64,000 nt of DNA from Eledone cirrhosa (lineage: Eukaryota). The stretch spans positions 15,376,001 through 15,440,000 of the forward strand of contig OZ024759.1 of the NCBI GenBank assembly GCA_964016885.1. The letters are read 5' to 3'. Shown here piece by piece: positions 44,290 through 57,554 of this stretch. Below the pieces are notes generated by a model that saw only the letters and a list, made by a program, of their open reading frames with translations, searched no databases and had not been told where the DNA came from. The position numbers and the translations under genes are program-made. Numbering within the stretch: the first letter of the stretch is position 1; each line of letters starts with the position of its first letter.

Positions 44290-44340
44290 AGATCCCTGAT
44301 GATTTCTCACGAATCAAACAGTTCTAGTCCTGTAGAATCT
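44290..44340 (+). ncRNA. Degenerate family B hammerhead
   Basis: AGATCC-CTGATGA-TTTCTCACGAAT-CAAA-CAG..CTG-TA-GAATCT (GAAA mutated to CAAA). Confidence 0.65.
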
Positions 44341-44425
44341 CTTCTATACTAAAACTTTTATACTCTGCTATGTATTGAGTACCTTACTTACTGTGGTTAC
44401 CTCCGATTCAACCCGGAATAATTTA

Positions 44426-44474
<49 letters not shown>

Positions 44475-45372
44475 ATATATATTATGTATACAAAATGTTA
44501 AGCAATCAAATCTTAATTTAAATCATTTAATTGCTCACAATTGTTTCTTCGGAGCATAGAGAATGTTTAAACAGGTAATTAAAATCCTAGTCTTCAGAAG
44601 ATTTACATAGATACATAACTATTTCCAGTGTTATTGACATCATATAGAAAAGCAGGAGTTACAAAAGGATGTTATGCTACAGATAACACAGTATAAGGAG
44701 CAATGGTGAAAAGTGAAATATTGAAAATACTATATATAAAGATATTGTTTAAGGTAATAATACATGTACAAAAGATACAAGCAAAAAAGATGTAAGATAA
44801 GATAGTTAAAAGATATCATAGCATTGGAAAGCGGGTATATAAGGGTATATAATGCAAAAGTTAATAAAATTAATAAAGACATGCATGAGGTAACAGTTAA
44901 ATAATAAATGAAACAAGAATAATTCAAATAGAATGTAAAAGCATGAGAAGTGCTTAAATTTTTTTTAAATGGCATGCAATATGGTAGAGTAATATGTGGT
45001 GATAAAATGGGTAGATGCTGTGTAAAGTATAATGGAAAAAGTGTAATTAAATTAGATAGGTATTAGTCATTCAAACGTAACTGGCTAGTACTTAGTACTA
45101 CCCGCCATATTTATAATTATATATAAACCATATATAAGTATAAATATTATTATAAATTATATATATGTATATTGTGTTTTCTCTTTTATTGTATATATAT
45201 ATATAAGGGATAACAAAATATCGTTATAGGTAATCCAGTTAGCGGTTGTGAATGCTTCTTATGGATAGTTTTAGCGTACGGCGTTGTTTGACTCAACAAA
45301 AGGTTTACGTAGATGACAAGTTTATGATTTCACATGTATTCCTATGTAAGTTTATCTTGGAGTAATAAAATT

Positions 45373-45690
45373 GAAAAAGTGGAGAATAACATGGTCAACA
45401 GTACAAAAAAGAGGATTTATTTACAGCCTAACAATTGTTTCTTTGATTAAGTTGTCTAAACATTTCTGAACACTACAAGCAGTCCCACTCAATTGAAATA
45501 CAATGCTAGCTCGATCAGATCGTCAGAAACAGTTTCTGAAGATCTGATCGAGCTAGCATTGTATTTCAAATTGAGTGGAACTGCTTCCAGCGTTCAGCAA
45601 TTTTTAGACAACTTAATCAAAGAAACAATTGTTAGGCTGTAAATAAACCCCCTATTTTCTACTGTTGACCATGTTATTCTCCACTTTTTC
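45373..45690. mobile_element. Fold-back element with ~155-bp arms, centred just 5' of an HHR core that has a long domain II
   Basis: Centre TCAGAAACAGTTTCTGA. Plus strand CTGAAGA...~80 nt...GAAA-CAATTG-TT-AGGC; the minus arm has CTGACGA. Confidence 0.8.
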
Positions 45691-45862
45691 AGTTATATAT
45701 ATATATGTATATATATATGTATATATATATATGTATATATATATATGTATATGTATATATGTATGTGTGTATATATATGTATATGTATATATATATGTAT
45801 ATGTATATATATGTATATATATATGTATATGTATATATATATGTATATGTATATATATGTAT

Positions 45863-45896
<34 letters not shown>

Positions 45897-45967
45897 GTGT
45901 ATGTGTATATATATATATATGTATATGTGTATATATATGTGTATGTGTGTATATATATATATATGTG

Positions 45968-46009
<42 letters not shown>

Positions 46010-46114
46010 TATATATATATATGAATATATATATATATATAAATATGTGTGTGTATGACAAGTAAGTATATTTTAGAACAGCCAGTTTGAAATTTTATCT
46101 TGAAGTGTATGTAC

Positions 46115-46228
<114 letters not shown>

Positions 46229-46479
46229 GGGGGGGGGGGGGGGTAAATCAATTAATTAATTCTCTTCCTTGGCAAAAGAAAAGTTAATAGCTTTATACAC
46301 CATTTACCCCTTTTTCTCTTGAAATGAGAATGTCATACTAAAGGTTATCTTGACTAAAAATTATTTATATTTTTTTCGCGTTCAATATAAGGTATGTTCA
46401 ACATTTACTACGTCGTCTAGTTGTTTATATTACGTGTCATCTAGGCATCTGTGTATGTGTGTTTACTAATGTGCATACA

Positions 46480-46523
<44 letters not shown>

Positions 46524-46628
46524 CACACATATATATATATATATATATGTACACACATATATATATATATATATATATAAACACACATACACATATATAT
46601 ATATATATAAGTGTACACATACATATAC

Positions 46629-46659
<31 letters not shown>

Positions 46660-46819
46660 CGCACATATATATATATATATATGTACACACACATATATAT
46701 ATATATATATATAAACACACATATACACATATATATATATATATAAACACACATATACACATATGTACATATATATTTTATATATGTAAACACATATACA
46801 TATATATATGTATACACAC

Positions 46820-46862
<43 letters not shown>

Positions 46863-47090
46863 CACATATACATATATATATATATATATACACACACATA
46901 TACATATATATATATACATATATATATACATATACATATATACATATATATATACATATACATATAAATATATATACATACACATATAAATATATATACA
47001 TACATGTATATATATATATATACATACATCTCTCTCTCTCTCTCTCTGTATACGTATATGTTTGTGTAAATATATATATATATATCCTTT

Positions 47091-47145
<55 letters not shown>

Positions 47146-47286
47146 CACATAAATATATATACATACATGTATATATATACATACATGTATATATATATAC
47201 ATACATCTCTCTCTCTCTCTCTTTGTATACATATATGTGTGTGTAAATATATATATATATCCTTTCAATATATATATATATATAGT

Positions 47287-47332
<46 letters not shown>

Positions 47333-47506
47333 TATATGTATATATATATACACACCCACACACACATATATATACATAAAGAGAGAGAGAGAGAGAGAGA
47401 GAGAGTGGGATGCTTAAACACGTGCCGGCAACTATAGATATATAATTAGTCATGTGCGAATATGTAAAGTATTTATCAGTATTTGTAAGTCAAAGTTTAT
47501 CATATC

Positions 47507-47563
<57 letters not shown>

Positions 47564-47630
47564 TGTGTGTGTATGTGTATATATTTGCTTATTTGCGTGC
47601 ATATACATCTATATATATATATATACTGTA

Positions 47631-47660
<30 letters not shown>

Positions 47661-47661
<1 letters not shown>

Positions 47662-48235
47662 GTATCCCAGTACAACCTGTCTCATGGTCGGGTCGTTGGC
47701 GACTAAACTGGCAACCCCACCAAGGTTTCTTGGTGAGGAGGGTGACTTTGGACATCCTGCAGGACTAAAAACAAAACCTGTCAAAGGGCAAGGGAGCTCT
47801 TAAGACTCAATAGCCATCCAAAATCACCGAGAGAGATGACCCCTTAGCCTTTGCCAAGGCAGAATTCTAGGAGAAGGAAAACTCTGATATAACACCTGCA
47901 ACCCTGATGGTATCCAATGATGTTGACTTGTTCTTCTTTTTGGTAAATATCATCTTGGTTAAGAGAGTGGGACTGGCTTTGTGCAGTGCCTTTGCTCACT
48001 ATAAAAGCTTCACAGCACAGGCATTGCTTTATATCTGGAGATCTCTCTGCACTTGTCCTCACATGGTACCATGGGCCCAGCACTATGTGTCAATAAGTGT
48101 CACAAGTGTAGTCTTTGTACCAGAGTTTTCAAGTCGCTGGCTGGACTAAAAAGTCACATTTGTTCAGCGCATTGGTAGGGGTTCTCCTACATGGATATAA
48201 AGTAGTGGCCGTACTCGAAAACGAGTTGGCAGCCA

Positions 48236-48239
<4 letters not shown>
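47661..48239 (+). mobile_element. Bipartite RTE-derived element, copy 2 (inverted relative to copy 1)
   Basis: Highly similar to the reverse complement of 38518-39096. Both ends in (TA)n. Confidence 0.85.
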
Positions 48240-48276
<37 letters not shown>

Positions 48277-48453
48277 CGTGTGTGTATGCGTGTGTATATA
48301 TATATTTCTTTATTTGTGTGCATATACACATCTACATGTATATATATATATGTACTGTATTATGTATATATATATATGTGTATATATATATATGTGTATA
48401 TATATATATATATATGTATGTATATATACATACATACACACTATATATGTATA

Positions 48454-48499
<46 letters not shown>

Positions 48500-48569
48500 C
48501 ACATACATACTATATATGTTTATATATGAATATATGTATATATACATACATACATACACACTATATATG

Positions 48570-48628
<59 letters not shown>

Positions 48629-49138
48629 ACATAGATACTATATATGTATATATGTATACATACATACTATATACATGTATATATACATACATACTATATA
48701 TATATATATATATATATATATGTAAATATGTGCTTGAATTTCGTTTCTTCGTGAAGTACTTCACTGATCTTTCATAATACCACATTGTATGTGGCTGAAA
48801 AATTCCCTGTGACGTTTAACTAAAGTTCGGCTAATGTAGGCTTCATTTAACAATAGAATCCTATAAAGCCCCCACACCGTTAGGCATCTCTTGAGAAGAT
48901 GCATTGAATTGAGTGTAAATAAAGTGTAAAAATATAACGACAGTGTTACGTCTTTCAGAAAAGCTATCATATATATGTATATATATATATGGCCGGAGAG
49001 AAAAAGAGGCTACGATGTTGAGACCGAGGGAAGCCACTAACCAAGTGAATACTCAATACATTGTTAGAGGGAGATAGTCTACAGAGATGATTATAGTGCC
49101 CCTCGGTGCGGCGATCAAGATTGTGCCTCTCTCTCATA

Positions 49139-49183
<45 letters not shown>

Positions 49184-49184
49184 G

Positions 49185-49345
49185 ATATTAATAAATGGAA
49201 ACTATATTTATAAAACCATATTTATTTCATTATACATATTTCAGGGATACCACATTAAATTATGGTATGCCTTCATCAGAAAAAATACAATATATAACAG
49301 TTTTACAAATAGGTTTGACGTACCCTTTAAAATACAACCATTACT
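49185..49345 (-). mobile_element. Family A element with HHR at 49223-49287
   Basis: Minus strand TATTTTTT-CTGATGA-AGGCATACCA(loop)TGGTATCCCT-GAAA-TATGTA-TA-ATGAAATA. Confidence 0.8.
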
Positions 49346-49367
49346 TTTGGAGGCTGTATGCTACGTT

Positions 49368-49415
<48 letters not shown>

Positions 49416-49571
49416 TACATACAAACGTAGCATTTAATTTTATAATTCATTCGAAGCGATATTGGGATTTATGATTTGTTGTCGTTCTTGACCAAATATA
49501 GATACCATAATTGATGTATTACGTACGTATATATATATATATACAGACAAAAATACAACCTAAAGCCAACG

Positions 49572-49621
<50 letters not shown>

Positions 49622-49759
49622 AGTGTGTGTGTGCGTGTGTGTATAAATATATGTCTATGTATCTCTATATATGTATATTGATGTATATAAGTGTGTTGAT
49701 ATATATAACTGTTTGTGTTTGTGTATATATGTATTTATGTAACATTTAATATCTATAAT

Positions 49760-50975
49760 CTGAGTATTTTTGTATGCAAATGACTGCGATCTTTTTGTAC
49801 ACTTCTTGCACACTCACAAATTGACATGCAGCATATTATGAGGTCTTTTTCTGAAGCTTGCAGCGCTTTGGTTCTCACAATAAGCTTGGAAAAGAATTTT
49901 GTGATTTACCAGCCAGCATCTCGGAAAGAATACACTACACCAAGTGTGTACGTGTATGGAAAGAGGCTGAAAGTGTGTTTACCTTGGGAGTACGTTGAAC
50001 AATTCATGCACTCTTGCTGATGAGATCGCCTTAAGTATCAAGAAAGCCAGTGATGCTTTTGGATGGTTGCATGAAGGTTTATGGTCCTGGCGAGGTATCA
50101 TTGTGACCAAGGTAAAAGTGTATCTGATTTTTGTCGTTTCCTCTTTGCTTTATGCTTTTGAAATGTGGGTCACCTATAGAAAGCACCTCAAAGAACTGTA
50201 GAGGTTTCACCAACAATCTCTTCGTAAGATACTTTGGGGTGCGATGTAAAATGTTCGTCAGTGATTTGGAAGCTCTCGAACGGAGCTGGTGTATGACTAT
50301 AGAGAGCATTATCTTTCGGCACCGGTTGATGTGGTCCGGTCACGTACTCCGGCTGTATGATGATCGTATTCCAAAGCAACTTCTCTACGGAGAACTGTGT
50401 GAAGGAAGCGACCGCCACACTAACCAAAAATGTGGTACGGGATGTGTCAGTGGCATCTTGGCTTGCGCTGAGATTTCATCTAACGAATGGGAGAAAATGG
50501 CTGAGGAGCGTGTGAAGTGGAGACGTTTGATCAAGTCAGGATGTGAACACTTTGAAACTCGTCGAAGAGAACACCTAACACTGAAAAGGAAGGTGAGAAA
50601 TAGGGACTGTTCCGAACTGCCTGCTGTTGAGCATCATCGGGTTTGCCGGCACTGTGGTTGAGTCTTCCTGAATAAAGCTGGTTTGATTAGACACGAACGT
50701 GTCATATCAGTAGATCTCATGTAGATTTATGATTTGAAAAGGTGTAAGGAATGTGGCAAAGAATTTGCAGGCATGGTAGGTCTTAAAACACATATGAGAA
50801 CACACAGCCAGAACCAAGCAGAGGAAAGTCCCAGACGAGCCTACAGTTGCCATGTATGTGTCAGAGGTGCAAGTCTTTGACTGGTTCAAAGAGCCACATT
50901 CGTGCCTCACTTTTCTTAGCATTTTATCAGGCGATGGCAATGCTCGAACACACGTTTGCGGCCTTCATGTGTTAG
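49760..50975 (+). pseudogene. 5'-truncated decayed RTE LINE (RT C-terminal half plus C2H2 zinc fingers)
   Basis: FLYANDCDL, MQHIMRSFSEACSALVLTISLEK, RLMWSGHVLRLYDDRIPKQLLYGEL, CKECGKEFAGMVGLKTHMRTH. Frameshifts and stops. Confidence 0.9.
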
Positions 50976-51551
50976 ACTGACTCTGTGTGTGTGTATGTGT
51001 ATATGTGTATGTATGTAATAATTTATGTTTCTATATATAAGTTGTATTACATTGACAGTGTGTGTGTGTATATGTGTTGTATTATATTGACAGTGTGTGT
51101 GTATGTCTATGTTGTGGTACATTCACAGAGTGTGTGTATGTATGTATGTATATGTTGTGGTATACTGACAGTGTGTGTATGTATGTTATACACACAATCC
51201 ATGTTAATGTTTGATCAATTAAAACCTAGATTGATGTGACATTTGCTGAAACTCAATATTGTTTCAACATGTCCGCCATCTGTTTTTCTTCATGGGTGTT
51301 TCGTTTTCTCAATGTATATAAATATATGTGTGTGTATGTGTATATGTCTTTTATCAATGTGTGTCTTTTGTCAATGTGTATATATATGTGTGTGCATGTG
51401 TATATGGCTTTTGTCAATATGTATATATATATATGTGTGTGTGTGTATTCTAATTTAATCCCCTCCATTCCATTCACTTTTTATTAATGAATTTCCTCAC
51501 CATCCCCTTCTTTGCAGTTACCTCTCAATATATATTTATATCGATATATAC

Positions 51552-51586
<35 letters not shown>

Positions 51587-51813
51587 ACTGTATATATATA
51601 TATATTCATAAATATATATATATATATAAATTCATACATATATATAATGTTTATATACATATATTCACACATATACGTACATATATGTATATATACATAT
51701 ACATATATACATACACATATATACATATGCACACATGCATATATAAATATACATATATAAATTTGCATATATACATATATACATATTCATATATAAATAT
51801 GTATATATATATC

Positions 51814-51877
<64 letters not shown>

Positions 51878-52149
51878 GATATATATACACACGTATGTAC
51901 ATCCTTCGTGTTTCTGTGTCTGAACGTATCTATTTACACCTTAATATTCACTGTCCTTGTCAATATTGAAGGTTTTAATTACAAAAAAATAAAAAAGAAT
52001 CTTAATGCGCCCATTCACACCCTTGTCATATCATATGACACATTATCGACATTAACTTCAGAAATAATGGTTTCTAAATTACAGTCAAGGCCAGCAACAC
52101 ATCATTTCATCAACCTTGGCAATTTGAAATGCAATTTTGTCTTCGGCAG

Positions 52150-52282
52150 GATTTCAGTCTAAACTGCCGGAACAATCATCGGAAATGTATTATATCAAGA
52201 AAGATGACGACTACGTGGAGATTTTAGAAAGCCAACTTAATTTATATGCCACGTTGAATGATTTGGTGGTGAATAACTCTAG
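52150..52282 (+). CDS. Candidate internal exon of an unidentified host gene
   Basis: TTTTGTCTTCGGCAG acceptor, AG|GTATCT donor, only one open frame: FQSKLPEQSSEMYYIKKDDDYVEILESQLNLYATLNDLVVNNS. Confidence 0.4.
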
Positions 52283-52321
52283 GTATCTTAAATACATTTA
52301 CATGTCACTGTTGTAACTAAT

Positions 52322-52445
<124 letters not shown>

Positions 52446-52461
52446 AAATATATAAATATAT

Positions 52462-52494
<33 letters not shown>

Positions 52495-52497
52495 AAT

Positions 52498-52546
<49 letters not shown>

Positions 52547-52557
52547 AGTATATATAT

Positions 52558-52724
<167 letters not shown>

Positions 52725-52727
52725 AAT

Positions 52728-52798
<71 letters not shown>

Positions 52799-52972
52799 AA
52801 TATATATATATATAAATATATATATATATATTTATATATATATATATATATATATAAATATATATATATATATTTATATATATATATATAAATATATATA
52901 TATATAAATATATATATTTATATATCAATATTTATATATATAAATATATATATATATATAAATATATATATT

Positions 52973-53054
<82 letters not shown>

Positions 53055-53089
53055 AATATATATATATATAAATATATATATATATAAAT

Positions 53090-53163
<74 letters not shown>

Positions 53164-53175
53164 TTATATATATAA

Positions 53176-53206
<31 letters not shown>

Positions 53207-53267
53207 AATAATTCAGAATTAGCCGTCGAAACGGCTTGAGCTCAGCCGTCGGGGTCCTACTCGTTCC

Positions 53268-53331
<64 letters not shown>

Positions 53332-53344
53332 AATATATATATAA

Positions 53345-53382
<38 letters not shown>

Positions 53383-53388
<6 letters not shown>

Positions 53389-54357
53389 TTAGTTATACTA
53401 TTTATGGTTATGTAAATACAAAGCCTTAAGCAGTTGTAAGTATTTTACACACACCCTAAATAGTGGTAGGCAGTAATGTATTACTACCTTATTACCAGTA
53501 AGTTAAGTAGCTCAATGTAAAAACATCAGATGATTTACAGAGCAGTTATATGAAATATAAGAATCAAAGAACTGTTCAAAACATTATTGTGCTTACAGCT
53601 GTTTCCTCCAAATCGAGGTTTGGATTCTTCGGAGCAATTTATTAATGCATGGACAGTTATATGACCTCCTTTTCAGCCGAGAGACATACCAAATACATAT
53701 TCAAACATTGATACATATTCAAACATTGTGGGTCAACATTCATTACAGAATTTAGAGTGGCAGTACACACTTCGAGATTACATTTATATTAATAGGTACA
53801 ATCAAAAATCGAAGATATAGGTTAAAGTACAACATGAAGATAAGTGGTTATATAGTGCAAATGTTATATGTGTGGCACGCATGTGCGTCTTGTTTATATA
53901 GTGTGGCAGAGAGATATGTGTGGTAGAGGCACTTAGGTAGGTAAATAAGAGTGTTAGGTTGGTAGGTCTGGTGGCAAAGTCTTTATATGATTGATATAGT
54001 CTGTGTGTGGAGAAATATTATAAGCATTAAAGATAGTGCAAGCATTAAAAGTGTTATAAGTATTGGAGATGCACAGCGCAGGGATGTCAAGTAATTCATG
54101 TACTTCGGCATTTTCATGGTCAAGGGAGTGTATATTTCGATTATATGCCTTTCACATAATCCACGACAATCCAGTAAGAGATCGTAGTCTGGTGTTCTTT
54201 AGTTCGATACAGGGGGATGTTACGTTTCGAGAAACGCCATTGAATACCGGAAGTGTGTGTGTGGCTAAGGGGAGTTAATGCATGCGGGGAGGTAACTCTG
54301 GGGTTTCTATATCTAGCCATTAAAATGTGTCCCAATATAGACCCTAAATTCTATGGT
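53383..54357 (-). repeat. 3' pseudo-LTR
   Basis: Near-identical to 57555-58529 (one G/A difference noticed at ~53811/57983). Confidence 0.95.
53590..53636 (-). ncRNA. Hammerhead ribozyme in the 3' pLTR (CCGAAGA core variant)
   Basis: TGCT-CCGAAGA-A-TCCAAA(cctcga)TTTGGA-G-GAAA-CAGCTG-TA-AGCA. Confidence 0.82.
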
Positions 54358-55052
54358 GAGGTGCACCTTCCAAGAGAGACTTTTAAAGCATAAAGTGTAC
54401 TAACTATAGAGTAGTTTATATTATTATTAAGGTGGATTAACCCATCTTAAGGTGCTACAAATGGAAATTATAGATGATGAGCGAGGATTCTAAAATGATC
54501 TCTGTGGTTGTAGTCTGCTCATATGACCAGGCGCGGTGATTGCAGGATTGCTTCAGGACCCAATGATCTCTGGTAAGATCTGGGTCATCGCTTGCTACAT
54601 TGGATGTCGAAAGATAATCGTCCCCAGGCAGGCCAAGGTCAATCCGCAGTCCTCGCGACCCCTCTCTGACCGTCAGATCATCCATATACGTACAACCCGC
54701 ACGGCAGTTGCATTGCATTCACTCACTGCGCTCAGCAGCCCGGTCCTACTGGTCAACAGCGCTACTCGATTAAATCATTTTACATCTGTCTAAGGAAGGT
54801 GTTTCCTCTGCCCAACAACATCCAACCGATCAATTCATGCTCAAAATTACCCTTAGAGCGGTGTAGTGCCATCAAGTGGGTGGATGTTGTCACACCTGCC
54901 GTAGAGGTATAAATGGGTATTTTCCCTGCGAAGGGTTCCAGAGGGATGCCGTTGTTTGTGTTATAATGGATCAGCTAGTGTTGGGTATGTAGTATAGGGT
55001 GTGTTTCTGGTGTTTGATGCTAGATGTGGTGTTAGGTTCCAGTCCGACATTG

Positions 55053-57512
55053 CTATATATAGGGCTTAAAGTTTTGGAAGGAATGTCTGAGGCGGTGCTG
55101 GCAAGTTGCAAACACCTCAGATTTTTTGTTAAGTAGGTTACGGTTGGAGAAGATAATATTGTGTGTCTCTAGAATACAGAGGTTACAGAATTTATTAGGT
55201 GGTTTGTACGAGGTCGCGCTGCCTATCACTTCCCATTTGAGTGTGTATGGTTTATTTTTAGATTTTAGATAGTGTATGTAGCTAGAAAGTGAGGTGGAGT
55301 TGGCTAGGCTGTGCTTTTTGAACGAGTGGATGTGCGAGTTATATCTGATTTTGAAGCAGTTAGAAGTGGAGCCTACATAGGTTTCTGAAGAGTTATTAGT
55401 CGTGACTGTGCATGAGTATATGACATCCTTGGTTAGGCATTTTTTATCTAAAGGGCAGGTTCTATTAGCTCTACAGTTACAATTATTCTGTGCGTTAGTC
55501 CGCTGGTTATAATGCAATGCGGAAGTCTGTGTGGTGGATATAGGATTTTGGGTGTTCGGGTTGGCAACCCTGGTGTTATTACTTATACTAGTGTTATTTC
55601 TATTGTTACTGCCGTTGCTATTGTTGCTTGCTACAGTGGTATTTAGAGGGTTTGCATCCTGTTGTGATTTTGTTTGTTGGAAGTAAGAACTAATTTTACT
55701 ATTATTGCTGCTAGCTATGTGGTATGCTAAGTTAGGCGTCGTAGAGTATGAGATTTTAATGGTGTTTTTGTTTAAGAGGTTGTGGTACTTGTGTCCTAGA
55801 GGGAAGTTTTTATCTAGTAGTGAGAAGAAAGCCCTAGGTATGTTGGTGGAGACATTTAGGTTGAAAGGAGGGTTGAAAAATGTATTATTTCTTCTTCTAT
55901 TTTTGTTTTTAGTGTTTGGTGTGTTGCTTCCTCCTAAGGCCTCACAGTAGTTTCCATGGTAATGGTTACTTCCTGTGGCACCCTCCGCTTTGGTGTACTT
56001 GTGGTTGCTATTCCTATTATTAGACTTCCTCATGGACATGTTGTGCGAGATTATGTTGTAGCTATGTGTTTTCTTAGGTAGGAACTCAATTTCTATATTA
56101 TGGCCGGAGCTAGCTAATGCTTGATTGTAATATTGTGAGTTTTTGCTAAATATGTTTGCGTCATAGGACAGACTAGAGATTCTATTGGACACCCCCTTAG
56201 AGATAGAGTTTAATATTGATCTAGGGTGATTAGACTTGGTATCTACGTAAATAAGTTTCTCATTAGGCTTATGGAAAGGTGTATATATTTTTGAGTCTAG
56301 GTATAGTGTGGCGTCTAGGAAGTTAACATTTTTAGTGTTTTTGTCCATGGTGATACTAAGGTTAAAGTTTTTGAATGTCTTATGCAGTTGTTTTCTAGTT
56401 CTTTCTATATTAAATTTTTTATATTCTATGAGTAGAAGTGCATCATCGCGGTACAAACCACCGTTGAGGTAAGGGAGGTCTTTATGGATTTCATTGAGGA
56501 GGTATAGGCCGACCAAATCAGTGACCTGCGCCGAGTCACTAGATCCCATGGTTATGTCGAAGTTGTTGTGCGTATCCTTGCGTGTCCATAGTTGGTCCTC
56601 GAAGGTGATTATGGTTTTACGGGCCGCAAGGATGACATCAACCTGGGCTCTAGTCAGGTCGCTATTGGTCATGGCCATGATAAGTGCCTTATTTAATAGG
56701 ATAGGGGAAATAGAGGTGTAGTATGAATTGATATCAAATTGAATAAATTTTTTGTTTTTATTATTCTTGATATCCTTAAACCATTCAATTACTTCACCCG
56801 TATTTCCCCATTGTTTAAGGTGTATCTTGTGTTTAATTTGTGGGATGATTTTATCCAAAATCTTCTTGCTGATAATACCAATGTCGGACTTGGAAGGGCA
56901 GATAAGTCTTATCGTGGGGTTGCTGATGAAGTTCTCCTTATGGTCCTTCAGAGAGAATCTAGGGGGGTTCGGAGTGAAAGGTTGTGTATGCCTCTGTAGT
57001 CCTAGTTTAGACACTATATTATAACCCTCTACATTAATATCTTCTAAGTTTTTCAAGGTGGTTTTTTTGTAGCTTTTATGTAGTTCATTATATATAAACT
57101 TTCTATAAGTAATATAATCTAGGCTGTATATGTTATTAGTTTTATCTGCGTGTACAATAATTTTATTACTAGTTTTGAATCCACTAATAGAAGTGTTAAG
57201 TTTGTTTAAGAAGGTGTTGCTTCTAATATGGTGCTTATTGTATTTAATGTTCTTAACTAGTTTAACTAGGTCATTTTCAAAGGAGTTAAGTAGAGTGTTA
57301 TGAGGGGGGCTTTTAAAGGTTTTAAAGCCGAAGGAGTCAAAATTGTTAGTATTATTCAAGTTGTTAGATTTGTTTCTATCATAATGGAATGTCCTCCATC
57401 TCACTCTATTGATAAATGAATTTACACTGTTGATCAGCAATTTCTCATATGTATTCCTGGATGGTATTGGTATGTTCTTGGTTGACATGGGGAGTTGGTC
57501 TTTGATTAGCAT
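55053..57512 (-). CDS. Penelope-like reverse transcriptase + C-terminal GIY-YIG endonuclease, 819 aa
   Basis: HADKTNN, LKDHK..PTIRLI, FDINSYY, FDITMGSSDSAQ, LYRDDAL, NFLDATL. CNC..CPL..KCL linker. VIYSCTV..TYVG, FKIRYNSH, CNLCILE, LLNKKSE..CQH. Confidence 0.96.
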   Translation of the reverse strand: MLIKDQLPMSTKNIPIPSRNTYEKLLINSVNSFINRVRWRTFHYDRNKSNNLNNTNNFDSFGFKTFKSPPHNTLLNSFENDLVKLVKNIKYNKHHIRSNTFLNKLNTSISGFKTSNKIIVHADKTNNIYSLDYITYRKFIYNELHKSYKKTTLKNLEDINVEGYNIVSKLGLQRHTQPFTPNPPRFSLKDHKENFISNPTIRLICPSKSDIGIISKKILDKIIPQIKHKIHLKQWGNTGEVIEWFKDIKNNKNKKFIQFDINSYYTSISPILLNKALIMAMTNSDLTRAQVDVILAARKTIITFEDQLWTRKDTHNNFDITMGSSDSAQVTDLVGLYLLNEIHKDLPYLNGGLYRDDALLLIEYKKFNIERTRKQLHKTFKNFNLSITMDKNTKNVNFLDATLYLDSKIYTPFHKPNEKLIYVDTKSNHPRSILNSISKGVSNRISSLSYDANIFSKNSQYYNQALASSGHNIEIEFLPKKTHSYNIISHNMSMRKSNNRNSNHKYTKAEGATGSNHYHGNYCEALGGSNTPNTKNKNRRRNNTFFNPPFNLNVSTNIPRAFFSLLDKNFPLGHKYHNLLNKNTIKISYSTTPNLAYHIASSNNSKISSYFQQTKSQQDANPLNTTVASNNSNGSNNRNNTSISNNTRVANPNTQNPISTTQTSALHYNQRTNAQNNCNCRANRTCPLDKKCLTKDVIYSCTVTTNNSSETYVGSTSNCFKIRYNSHIHSFKKHSLANSTSLSSYIHYLKSKNKPYTLKWEVIGSATSYKPPNKFCNLCILETHNIIFSNRNLLNKKSEVFATCQHRLRHSFQNFKPYI

Positions 57513-57554
57513 ATTGGCAATATTATATGTCAGCTCAACGATATGGAGCAGTTA

